DNA of 64,000 nt from a virus (IMGVR_UViG_3300044839_000009:23407-87406), one strand, 5' to 3'. Shown: positions 36,589-44,591, counted from the first letter of the stretch. Program-made: numbers and translations. The notes: generated from the letters alone by a model not told the origin.

Positions 36589-36942
36589 GTGAGGACTCAT
36601 CGGTCACGCCCCAAGACGGGCTGGACGCCACTCAGCAACAAGGACGTTGCCCAGAACTACCGATTGAGCCTGAAGGCGAAGGGCCTGCTGCTGACGTTCC
36701 TCTCGCACCCTGACGGCAGTGGCATGACGGTCGAGCGCCTCGCCTATCTCCACAAGGCGGCGGGCGGCAAGGGCGAGGGCGAGCACGCCATCCGCGAGGG
36801 GCTGAAGGAGCTCCGGGCCGCCGGCCTGGTGGCTCACGCGAAGGAGAAGGGCACGGGCGGCCGGTGGCAGACAACGACTGCGGTAAGTGACACCCCGGAG
36901 GGCCTGTTGTGGCTGCTCAGGCAGATCACACCGGACCCCTGA
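36589..36942 (+). CDS. Replication-initiator-like wHTH protein (possibly truncated by an in-frame TGA)
   Basis: WTPLSN..AQNYRLSLKAKGLLLTFLSHPDG...AIREGLKELRAAGLV; the same frame reopens to 37176. Confidence 0.65.
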   Translation: MRTHRSRPKTGWTPLSNKDVAQNYRLSLKAKGLLLTFLSHPDGSGMTVERLAYLHKAAGGKGEGEHAIREGLKELRAAGLVAHAKEKGTGGRWQTTTAVSDTPEGLLWLLRQITPDP

Positions 36943-37058
36943 TTTTCCGGGGTCCGGGTGCTCCGGGTGCCGGACGGTCCGGGGTCCCAAAATTGGGGGT
37001 TCTCTATAAAGAGGGTTACTGAAAGAAGGCTGGCTAGAAAATCATCATCCTCAAAGAG
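36931..37058. repeat. Iteron-like CCGG repeats plus AT-richer tract (ori-like)
   Basis: CCGG at 36931, 36947, 36954, 36963, 36970, 36979, then an A/T-enriched stretch. Confidence 0.45.
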
Positions 37059-37179
37059 TGCAAGCCCCCTGGCTTGCCCGCCGTGTTTCGCGCGTGAGGC
37101 CGCGTCAGCCGAGCACGAGCAAGCAGGCAAGCGAGCCAGATCGACGCGACGCATCATCGCTGACTACAGGAGGTAACCA

Positions 37180-37911
37180 GTGCCACCAACGAAGGAGGAG
37201 CTCGCCCCACTGATCCTGTGGGGTCGCTGCCGTTCGGGCCGCCGCTGGTTCTGGGCGGCCTACGAGTTCGACGGCGACCGCGCGCACGGCTGGGCGGATA
37301 GCGAGGAGCAGGCCGGCGAAGACGCCAGGGCGGCCGTGGAGCGCCTCGCAGATGGTCGGGTGGCCACGGTGGTCGTGCGGCACGGCGTGGCCTCTGGGCG
37401 GCTGCGTGAGGTCAATGCGGAGAAGCGAAAGACGCTGGCAACGGATGGAGCGGGCGCGGCCCCGGTGGAGTACCTGTACGCCGTCGCGGCTGGGCACTTC
37501 GACGGCAACGATGACTGGGTGGACGCCGCCGTTACGTCGTTTCGGATCACGCGGCGGACGGCGAAGCGGGTCTATTACGTGCGGCGGGAGCGCGGCGGCG
37601 AAGTTGAGATCGGCTACGTGGACCGGCGGCGGCTCGAGGAGGCCGGCGAGGTTGTCAATCGTGGCGCTGGTGGCTGGTGGGCGCCGGACCACCACCTGTA
37701 CGCCGCGCCGCCCGTACTGGAGCCGGCGAGGCCGGAGCCGCCGGACGTCCGGGAGTTGAAGGCTGCGATGCACTCCGCTCATCCGGACCGTGGTGGCACG
37801 GACGAGGCGTTCATCGCGGCGCGGGAGCGGTATGAGCGGGCTCAGCGGGCCGACTTGGCGCGGCTGACCGAGCTGGTAGATGCGACGCCGACGACATGGA
37901 GGGCGTCATGA
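37180..37911 (+). CDS. Protein with C-terminal J-domain-like segment
   Basis: ELKAAMHSAHPDRGGTDEAFIAARERYERA (HPD motif). Confidence 0.75.
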   Translation: MPPTKEELAPLILWGRCRSGRRWFWAAYEFDGDRAHGWADSEEQAGEDARAAVERLADGRVATVVVRHGVASGRLREVNAEKRKTLATDGAGAAPVEYLYAVAAGHFDGNDDWVDAAVTSFRITRRTAKRVYYVRRERGGEVEIGYVDRRRLEEAGEVVNRGAGGWWAPDHHLYAAPPVLEPARPEPPDVRELKAAMHSAHPDRGGTDEAFIAARERYERAQRADLARLTELVDATPTTWRAS

Positions 37912-38462
37912 CCACGGTCGTCCTGCCTCACGCCCCGCAGGTCCGCTCAGCGTCCCTCCTGGTGGCCGTGGACCCGGTGGAGGACGCCCGCCGTCGCACG
38001 GCCGGACTGGGCGCGGTGACGGACATGGTCGCCCTGACGCTGCTGCTCGCCCTGCCCGCTGGCTTCCCGGTCCCGGTGGCGTCCCTGTCGGTCCGCGACC
38101 GCCGGGCCCTGAGGCGGCTTCCTGCGGGCGCGGTGGAGGTGTCCGGCGGTGAGGTGGTCAGGCTGGCCGTGAAGCCGCTGCGGGCGGTCCTGGCGACCGT
38201 GACGGGCACCTGCTCGCAGACGGCCCTCGGGAAGGCGTCGAGCTTCGCGCCGTTCTGCGCCCGCCGCGTCCTCACCCGGGTCCGGCCGACGATGCCGGAG
38301 ACCCTGATCGAGTTCGACTTCTACGGCGTCGGCATCACCCACCGCGCCTCCGACGGCAGCGAGGAAACGCTCGTCGAGCCGCGACCGTGGCGGCCGATGC
38401 GGCACACCCCGGCCGGCTGGCGGTTCATCGAGCAGGCGTATGAGCAGTACCGGAAGCGATAG
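37908..38462 (+). CDS. Hypothetical protein
   Basis: Coupled by ATGA overlap; LGKASSFAPFCARRVL...EFDFYGVGI. Confidence 0.65.
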   Translation: MTTVVLPHAPQVRSASLLVAVDPVEDARRRTAGLGAVTDMVALTLLLALPAGFPVPVASLSVRDRRALRRLPAGAVEVSGGEVVRLAVKPLRAVLATVTGTCSQTALGKASSFAPFCARRVLTRVRPTMPETLIEFDFYGVGITHRASDGSEETLVEPRPWRPMRHTPAGWRFIEQAYEQYRKR

Positions 38463-38510
38463 TAGCCGCACGCAGCAGTGAGCCCCCGACCATCAGGCGC
38501 GGGGGCTTCG

Positions 38511-38735
38511 TCACGTCTCGGGCAGCGTCTCCTGCTCGACCTCGAACCGGCCCACGCCCGGCCCGCTGCTCAGCCCGAGCTTCCGCCGGCAGTGGCGGCC
38601 GAGACCCCACCGTCGGGACTCGGCGGCCGTCAGCGGCTCCTCGCACAGGCGGCAGACGACAAGGGGACGCCCCTCCGCCGGCAGCTCGGGGAGCAGGCCA
38701 GGGAGGGGCGTCGGGTCGGGGCTGGTGGTCGCCAC
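38511..38735 (-). CDS. DUF6011-like zinc-finger protein
   Basis: CRLCEEPLTAAESRRWGLGRHCRRK. Confidence 0.75.
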   Translation of the reverse strand: MATTSPDPTPLPGLLPELPAEGRPLVVCRLCEEPLTAAESRRWGLGRHCRRKLGLSSGPGVGRFEVEQETLPET

Positions 38736-39328
38736 TACTTCGGGAAGTCGCGGGCCTTGAGCTTCGCCATCCGGCCGTCTGGGTGATGCCATACGACGCC
38801 TTCCATGCCGTACTCCTTGGCGAGTTCGAGCAGTCGGGGCTGCAGGGTGTCGTAGAGCAGCGGCTCCGTCAGCTTGACCACCCTGGCGTTCGTGTGGGCG
38901 ATGAGCTCGTGGACCTCGCGGCGCTCCGGGTTGCCGTTGACCTTGGGGCCGACCAGTTCGTAGGTGCCCGGCTTCCATGAGCCCGGGTCCACGCCTTCCG
39001 GGTAGTCCGCTTCCTCCGCGTCGGCGACCGCTTCGGCGTGGAACTTCGCGAACGCCGACTGCGCGACTGGCTCCCAGCCGACGGTCTTACCCGTCTCGTC
39101 GTCGGTGGAGATCGGTACGTAGTTCGGCGGCGCGGTCTTGTCGGCCTTCACCTCACGCCGGGCCCACCACTCGCCGGACTCGTCGAGCATCACGCACGTG
39201 CCGTCGTACTTCCGGGTCGCCACGCCCTCGCCGGCGAGGACCCACTCGCAGCCGGGGTTTACCTTCGGCAGGACGTGTGCTGGCCGGGCATCGAAGTCGC
39301 GGATGAACAGGGTCGGGATCTTGCGCAT
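38735..39328 (-). CDS. RNA-ligase-like nucleotidyltransferase (DUF5565/RLIG1-like)
   Basis: Motif I ATRKYDGT, GTYELVGPKVNGNP, EGVVW and MAKLKARDF. Confidence 0.78.
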   Translation of the reverse strand: MRKIPTLFIRDFDARPAHVLPKVNPGCEWVLAGEGVATRKYDGTCVMLDESGEWWARREVKADKTAPPNYVPISTDDETGKTVGWEPVAQSAFAKFHAEAVADAEEADYPEGVDPGSWKPGTYELVGPKVNGNPERREVHELIAHTNARVVKLTEPLLYDTLQPRLLELAKEYGMEGVVWHHPDGRMAKLKARDFPK

Positions 39329-39396
39329 GGGTCGGATCTCCTCCGGGTGGCGGGTCGGTTCGAGGCTAGCGGCCCGCCCCGGCGTGGGGCGGGCGG

Positions 39397-39693
39397 TCAC
39401 GGCTGGTACTCCTCGACGATGCCGAAGGTGGCGGTGAGCTGCTGGCGTTGGGGGCAGGGGAACTCGCCGGTCCCGCAGGCGCAGACGGTGGCGGCCCGCC
39501 AAAGGGGCTCGCCGGTCTCGGGGTCCTTCCTCCGGCCGTCAGTTACCCAGGTCATGGTCGGCCGGTGCCAGTGAAGAGCGAGGCGCGCAACGTCCTGAAG
39601 CTGTCGAATGCCGTCGGGGCGGACTGCGGCACGTTCGATCACGTCGGGCAGCGGGTCGTAGGGCTCTGGTAGACGCTCAGCGGGGCCGTTCAC
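39397..39693 (-). CDS. Hypothetical protein
   Basis: WHRP...VCACGTGEFPCP. Confidence 0.55.
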   Translation of the reverse strand: MNGPAERLPEPYDPLPDVIERAAVRPDGIRQLQDVARLALHWHRPTMTWVTDGRRKDPETGEPLWRAATVCACGTGEFPCPQRQQLTATFGIVEEYQP

Positions 39694-39950
39694 GCGGTCA
39701 CCCGCGTCCGGTTGCGTGCGGCCCGCCGCTTGATGCTGCGCCGCTCCTCCTCGGACAGGCCGCCCAGGACCCCGTGTTCCTGGTTGGTGGCGAGCGCCCA
39801 CGCCTGGCACTGCTCCATGACGGGGCAGCGGGTGCGGCAGACGGCCTTCGCCTCCTCGATCTGCAGGAGGTGGGGGCCGGTATTGCCCGGCGCGAAGAAC
39901 AGCTCTGGATCTTCCTCGCGGCAGGCGGCGCGGTGGCGGAAGTCCATCAT
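39690..39950 (-). CDS. whiB: WhiB-family transcription factor
   Basis: AACREEDPELFF...AKAVCRTRCPVMEQC...GVLGGLSEEERR. Confidence 0.93.
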   Translation of the reverse strand: MMDFRHRAACREEDPELFFAPGNTGPHLLQIEEAKAVCRTRCPVMEQCQAWALATNQEHGVLGGLSEEERRSIKRRAARNRTRVTA

Positions 39951-40432
39951 GCGGGGTCTCCAAAGACGTCGGCGTGTGCAGCCTTCCAGGCGGTCCAGCG
40001 TGGCGAGGGCTCGTCGTCGCCGTGCGCGTGGATGCGGTCCATTAGCTGCGCCAGGCTGAGCGGGCCCAGCGTGCGGTCAGCGAACGCGGGCGACTGGGGG
40101 ACGAACATCGGGCCCATCGTCCAAGTGCGGCGGCGGTAGCCCCAGTCGTCGACGCCCCACTTGCGGAATACGACTCCGTTGGCGCCGCCGTCGATGTCGA
40201 ACGGCCGCTCGGCGAGGGTCTGCTTGTAGCTGTCGGAGTACCAGTACTCGATGTACTGCCGGTTGAAGCTGGCGAGCATCGCCGCCTCGGTGTCGGTGGG
40301 CCGCTCGGCGCTGTCGCGGTCGAACGCGGTCAGGTAGCACCAGTCCGGGTACGCGGAGGTCACCGGGATGCGGAGCGCGGTCAGCGGGTCGTGCTCGTCG
40401 GCGTCGTAAGGCCAGGTGGTCTTGGCGGTCAC
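39947..40432 (-). CDS. Hypothetical protein
   Basis: 161 aa, Trp/Tyr-rich. Confidence 0.6.
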   Translation of the reverse strand: MTAKTTWPYDADEHDPLTALRIPVTSAYPDWCYLTAFDRDSAERPTDTEAAMLASFNRQYIEYWYSDSYKQTLAERPFDIDGGANGVVFRKWGVDDWGYRRRTWTMGPMFVPQSPAFADRTLGPLSLAQLMDRIHAHGDDEPSPRWTAWKAAHADVFGDPA

Positions 40433-40434
40433 GG

Positions 40435-40611
40435 TCAGCTCTCCTTGCTGTTCTCGGCGTTGCGCAGGTCGGCGTAGTACTGGGCTCCCTTGCGGGTGCG
40501 GAACGAGTCGTAGCTGAGCTGGCTGACGGTGTCGGTGATGACGAACCATCGCGGGCCGAATTCCTCCACGACGAATCGCGCCTCGGTCACGGCCATCGGG
40601 TTGTCGGACAT
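40435..40611 (-). CDS. Small hypothetical protein
   Basis: Hand-translated MSDNPMAVTEARFVVEEFGPRWFVITDT...; AAGGAG RBS. Confidence 0.55.
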   Translation of the reverse strand: MSDNPMAVTEARFVVEEFGPRWFVITDTVSQLSYDSFRTRKGAQYYADLRNAENSKES

Positions 40612-40651
40612 GGGGCACTCCTTCGGTTCAGCGGGTGTCGTCGGTGGGTGG

Positions 40652-40816
40652 TCAGGTGGCGCTCTTCGCTGCCCGCCGCGCCTTCATACGGTCTTTGATC
40701 TGCTCCTGCGTAGGCGGCTCCCAGACGTGCCAGCCGGCGGGCTGTTTCCACTGCTGGAAGTGGGGGCGCTTCGGGATGCCGCACCAGCGGCATCCCTGCG
40801 GCGTCGGCAGCGTCAC
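40652..40816 (-). CDS. Small zinc-binding protein
   Basis: GCRWCGIPKRPH...WH.WEPP. Confidence 0.6.
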   Translation of the reverse strand: MTLPTPQGCRWCGIPKRPHFQQWKQPAGWHVWEPPTQEQIKDRMKARRAAKSAT

Positions 40817-41079
40817 AGTGCGGCGCCGTCGAGGCTGGTGAGGTCGACGCCCCACAGGGTGGGTACGGCGAGGTAGTCACCTGCGGGCAGGTTGTCGGCG
40901 AGGTCGATGATGTCGGCCTGACGGAGGCGGTGGAGCATCGGGCACTGGTCCTGGGCGTGGCTGCATTCGGCGGGGCACGCCCATCCGTAGTCGCGGTTGC
41001 CGTCGCCGAGGTCGGTGATCGTGAACGGGTGGGCGGGGGCGGTGCGGGCGATCGCCATGGCGGCGTGCAGCTGGCTCAT
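40813..41079 (-). CDS. Hypothetical protein
   Basis: CPAECSHAQDQC. Confidence 0.5.
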   Translation of the reverse strand: MSQLHAAMAIARTAPAHPFTITDLGDGNRDYGWACPAECSHAQDQCPMLHRLRQADIIDLADNLPAGDYLAVPTLWGVDLTSLDGAAL

Positions 41080-41117
41080 CGGGTGTGCTCTCAATGCTCG
41101 GCGGGATGGGTGGCTGG

Positions 41118-41336
41118 TCAGGTGAGGCGGTCGATTTCGACGCACCACGTGAGGTCGATGACCTCGTCGTCTCCGGGCTGCCGCTTGGCGGGGTCGACGG
41201 CGACGAGGCCGGTGACCTCCACGAGCGTCTTGTCGCCGAACTGCTGGATGTCGCGGACGGTGACGAGCCCACCGATGGGGTTGACGCGGGTCGGATGCGG
41301 GGCGAGGTTGCGGACCTCGCCGACGGTGATGGGCAT
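41118..41336 (-). CDS. Small hypothetical protein
   Basis: AAGGAGG RBS. Confidence 0.55.
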   Translation of the reverse strand: MPITVGEVRNLAPHPTRVNPIGGLVTVRDIQQFGDKTLVEVTGLVAVDPAKRQPGDDEVIDLTWCVEIDRLT

Positions 41337-41485
41337 TGCGGCCTCCTTGCTCGGTTCGGGTCAGCGGTGGACGACGGTCGCGGCGGGCTTCGGCCTGTCG
41401 AGGCGGATGCCAGCGTGGTAGGGCGCGACGGTGCAGTAGGCGAAGAAGAACGCCAGCAGCAGGGACAGGCCGCAGGTGGTAGGCC

Positions 41486-41734
41486 TCACTGGATGGGTTC
41501 GACGCGGGCGGCGTAGAGGGCTTCGCGGTGGTCGTCCATGGCCTCGTCGCGGGTGGCGCGCCGCTTGGATGACTTGTCGATGACGAAGCCGCCGATGGTC
41601 TTGCCCGCGTGGCGCTTGTCGTCGCTGTCGTCGAACACGACGGTGTCGTAGTAGCGGAAGCCGATTTTGGTGGTCGACACGGTCAGGTTCCGGTCGCCAC
41701 CCTTGACCTTGGTGGCGCGGACGGTCTGCGTCAT
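41486..41734 (-). CDS. Small hypothetical protein
   Basis: GAGGAGG RBS; VSTTKIGFRYYDTVVFD. Confidence 0.6.
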   Translation of the reverse strand: MTQTVRATKVKGGDRNLTVSTTKIGFRYYDTVVFDDSDDKRHAGKTIGGFVIDKSSKRRATRDEAMDDHREALYAARVEPIQ

Positions 41735-41773
41735 GCGGCCCTCCTCGGGCTGTCGGTGGTGGTTCGTTCGGAG

Positions 41774-41819
41774 CGCCCCGGGCGGGATTCGGACCCGCCA
41801 ACTGCGCCGGACCGGGGCG
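41774..41819 (-). ncRNA. tRNA top-half (acceptor plus T-arm) mimic
   Basis: CGCCCCG...GGCGGG-TCCGAAT-CCCGCC-CGGGGCG in an intergenic gap. Confidence 0.5.
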
Positions 41820-41856
41820 GTGGACTGGGCCCGACCGAGTGGCCGGGCCGGGTGGG

Positions 41857-42033
41857 TCAGTGGTCGCCGGGGCGTTCCGGGTGCACGGGGCAGGGGCCGA
41901 AGCCGAAGCCCTGGTCGGCGGGGTGGACGTGCGGCTCGCCGGACAGCGAGCAGGCGGTGCGCGGGTCCTCGTTGCAGTACTCGACGCAGGTGCAGTCGAG
42001 GATCTCGTCGAGGGCGGTGCGGCTGGTGGTCAT
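41857..42033 (-). CDS. Small Cys/His-rich protein
   Basis: CTCVEYC...CSL...HVHP...CPVHP. Confidence 0.55.
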   Translation of the reverse strand: MTTSRTALDEILDCTCVEYCNEDPRTACSLSGEPHVHPADQGFGFGPCPVHPERPGDH

Positions 42034-42086
42034 TGCGGGCTCCCCTGCGGTTCGACTTGGCGATGACCCCACTCTAACCAAGCAGC

Positions 42087-42192
42087 TTGGACAACTCAAG
42101 CTGTACAACTGAACTTGCCCAAGATTCTTTGATAGAGTCGATTCCAGGAGGACGCGGCCCACCCCATGGCCATGGCCAAGCCGCTTGTGCAA
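42087..42192. promoter_or_regulatory. Divergent control region with TTGNNCAA operator-like palindromes
   Basis: TTGGACAA 42087, CTGTACAA 42101, TTGCCCAA 42115 (14-bp period), TTGTGCAA 42185. Confidence 0.5.
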
Positions 42193-42202
42193 ACATGTCT
42201 GT

Positions 42203-42484
42203 ATGACCGACTACAGCCCCAGCCCGCAGCTCACCGCCGCGCTCGCCGCCTTCGTGGAGACGCAGCGCGCGGAGGAAGCGGCCCGCCAGGAACTCCGGGC
42301 CGCAGTCGCCGCCGACCTCAAGAAGTTCGACATCACCAACGACGTCATCGCGGCCCATCTCCCATGGTCCGCCGAGACCGTCCGAGGCATCGCCCGCGAG
42401 TACGACGTGCCGCGCAAGCGCAAGCCCACCGTCAAGTCCATCAAGCCCAAGAAGCGCACCGCCGGAGGCACGCCCTCCGGCTGA
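42203..42484 (+). CDS. Small HTH regulator
   Basis: ARQELRAAVAADLKK...NDVIAAHLPWSAETVRGIARE. Confidence 0.7.
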   Translation: MTDYSPSPQLTAALAAFVETQRAEEAARQELRAAVAADLKKFDITNDVIAAHLPWSAETVRGIAREYDVPRKRKPTVKSIKPKKRTAGGTPSG

Positions 42485-42499
42485 TCCCGGAGGCACCTC

Positions 42500-43018
42500 G
42501 TGTCGCGTTACGGCAAGACCCACCTCTACCGGTTGTTCAACGCCGAAGACCGACTGCTCTACGTCGGCATCTCCGGGTTCGCCCCTGTGCGCATTGATGC
42601 TCACCGACGCGGCGCCCCATGGGGATCGGACATCGCGCGGCGTGAAGTCGAGGAGTTCCCAACCCGTCGAGCGGCGGCCTTCGCTGAGTCTGAGGCGATC
42701 AACACCGAGTTCCCGCTGCACAACAAGCAGGGGCGCCGGGCCGAACCCAAGTCCGCCGCCATAGCGCGCGCCGAAGCCGCCTCTAGCGCCAAGAAGGCGG
42801 CCTGCCGAACTCTGCAACGTGACAAGCGAGCAGCCGATGCGGCCACAGCGCGCTTTGAGAAGTCGATCGCCGCCGCACGCCTCGACGGCCACTCCTTCCG
42901 CGAAATCGGCAAGTGGGCGAACGTCAACCACGAGCGCGCCCGCACCATCGCCATCCGCATCAACGGGGACTCCCGAACCCGCGCCGAACGCGAAGCCGAG
43001 GACGCTCCCGACGCCTGA
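42500..43018 (+). CDS. GIY-YIG-like nuclease fused to a C-terminal HTH
   Basis: HLYRLFNAEDRLLYVGIS...RIDAH...AESEAINTEFPLHN, then AAARLDGHSFREIGKWANVNHERARTIA. Confidence 0.8.
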   Translation: MSRYGKTHLYRLFNAEDRLLYVGISGFAPVRIDAHRRGAPWGSDIARREVEEFPTRRAAAFAESEAINTEFPLHNKQGRRAEPKSAAIARAEAASSAKKAACRTLQRDKRAADAATARFEKSIAAARLDGHSFREIGKWANVNHERARTIAIRINGDSRTRAEREAEDAPDA

Positions 43019-43184
43019 CCCGCGCCCGCCCGCAGATCTCGACCGCCGCGAACACCCCCACCCCGACGGCGACGGTCAGCCACCAGGGCGGCATGCGGCC
43101 GACGGCGAACGCCCAGACGACGGCCCACGACATGCTGACGGTGAACCAGGCGGCGAACCCGATGAGGGCGCGGGTCGGGGTCAT
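42960..43184 (-). CDS. Small membrane protein
   Basis: Two hydrophobic segments. Confidence 0.5.
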   Translation of the reverse strand: MTPTRALIGFAAWFTVSMSWAVVWAFAVGRMPPWWLTVAVGVGVFAAVEICGRARVRRRERPRLRVRRGFGSPR

Positions 43185-44176
43185 CCGCCGGCTCCCGCTT
43201 CGGGCTTAACCCCGCCGCTGACCGGCAGCCCCCGCCCGGCGGCCATCCCGTCGATGACCCAGACCGCCGTCTCGCATCCGGCGGCCATCCCGCCGAGGGC
43301 CTGCGCGGCTTCCTCGATGCTGGCGGCGTCGGCGTTGCGGCGGCAGATGGCGGCCTCCGTGGACAGCCAGACGCGGAGCTGGGCGAGGGGGTCCGGCGGG
43401 GTGGTGGCGGCCGGGCCGTCGAGGGCGGGTTCTGTGATGGTGGCCCAGAGTTCGGCGAGTCGCTGGTCCCACCACCGGTTGATCAACGCGCCGATAGCTG
43501 GCGGCCCGGCGGTGGTCCACTGCCCGGCGAGGTCGATGACGCGGGCGATTGCGGCCTCGGCCTTGGCAAGTTTCTCGCCACGTGCCCGGCTCTCGACGCG
43601 GAGGTCGGCGCTGATGCCCTTCTGCATGGCGAGCGCGGTCTCGACCTGGTCGCGGTGCTTGATGATGTTGTCGAGGCGCTGGCGGAGCTGGGCGTTGTCG
43701 GCCTCGGTGGCGCGGGCCCGTTCGTTGGCGGCGGCAGTCTTGGCGGTGAGCTGCTCCATGCGGCGGTCCCGAACGGCGCGCACGGCGGCGGCGCGGTGGG
43801 CTTCCATGTCATCGACCCAGGCGCCGCACTCGCAGTACATGCTGCGTTCGTGCTCACGCTGGTGGCGGGTCAGCGCCGCCGCGATCTGCCTGCGCAGCCC
43901 GTTGTCCGCCCCGTCGGCGCTGGTGGCGGGACGCGGCGGCGGGAGGAATGACTTCGGCCATGATTCGGCGTCGGCCATGAAGTCGTGCGCCCAGTTCTGC
44001 TCGTAGTCGCAGCCGGTCACCGGGCAGTACCAGCCCTTGCCGCTGGCGATGAGGGTGCCGTGGTGGCCGGGGTGCTCGTTGCCGCAGGTGAACGGGTGCA
44101 GGCGGCCCTCGCGTTGGAAGCGATTGAGGGCGGCCACCTGCTCGGTGGTCCATGGGGCGGTGATGCGGTCGGTCAC
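43181..44176 (-). CDS. Mosaic hypothetical protein (zinc finger plus coiled coil)
   Basis: HPFTCG...GWYCPVTGCDYEQNWAH, then a coiled coil. Confidence 0.6.
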   Translation of the reverse strand: MTDRITAPWTTEQVAALNRFQREGRLHPFTCGNEHPGHHGTLIASGKGWYCPVTGCDYEQNWAHDFMADAESWPKSFLPPPRPATSADGADNGLRRQIAAALTRHQREHERSMYCECGAWVDDMEAHRAAAVRAVRDRRMEQLTAKTAAANERARATEADNAQLRQRLDNIIKHRDQVETALAMQKGISADLRVESRARGEKLAKAEAAIARVIDLAGQWTTAGPPAIGALINRWWDQRLAELWATITEPALDGPAATTPPDPLAQLRVWLSTEAAICRRNADAASIEEAAQALGGMAAGCETAVWVIDGMAAGRGLPVSGGVKPEAGAGG

Positions 44177-44532
44177 GGGGTCGGCTCCTCGGTGGCGGGG
44201 TACGGAACGCCGAGGCTGATCCCGTCGGCGGCGAACAGGGCCTTGACGTCGGCGTGTGCCATGCCCTCGAAGCTGAGCCAGCACGTCGGGCACGGGCCGG
44301 GTGTCGGCACCGGGGCTGCGCAGTAACGGCACGGGTCGCCCGGCTGCTCGGTGCCGTAGGAGCACGGGTGCTCGGGGTGGTTGGGGTGGGTGTCGAACTC
44401 GCAGCGTCCGGCGATGGTGGCGGCGCAGGTCCGGCACAGGTCGGGGTCGTCGGGGTCGCGCCAGTGGGGCTGGTAGGTCTCGCCGCAGCGGAGGCAGTTG
44501 AAGGTGGGCGCAGGCTCGTGCTGCTGGGTCAC
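44173..44532 (-). CDS. Cys-rich hypothetical protein
   Basis: Multiple CxxC motifs. Confidence 0.6.
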   Translation of the reverse strand: MTQQHEPAPTFNCLRCGETYQPHWRDPDDPDLCRTCAATIAGRCEFDTHPNHPEHPCSYGTEQPGDPCRYCAAPVPTPGPCPTCWLSFEGMAHADVKALFAADGISLGVPYPATEEPTP

Positions 44533-44591
44533 GGGTGGTGCCTTTCGTGGGGCCCGGCCGGGGCGACCGACCGGGCGTGGGGGGCGGGCGG

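Larger units (their letters stand above)
25026..38462. mobile_element. Streptomyces plasmid/AICE-type transfer module (traB, clt, spd-like, kor) embedded in the phage
   Basis: FtsK-family TraB, adjacent periodic repeat array, multi-TM spread-like proteins and divergent GntR regulators; boundaries approximate. Confidence 0.8.

Noticed and set aside
25026-38462. Autonomous AICE inserted in the prophage
   Set aside because: No integrase, RepSA/RCR initiator or flanking att repeats were found by eye; not fully excluded
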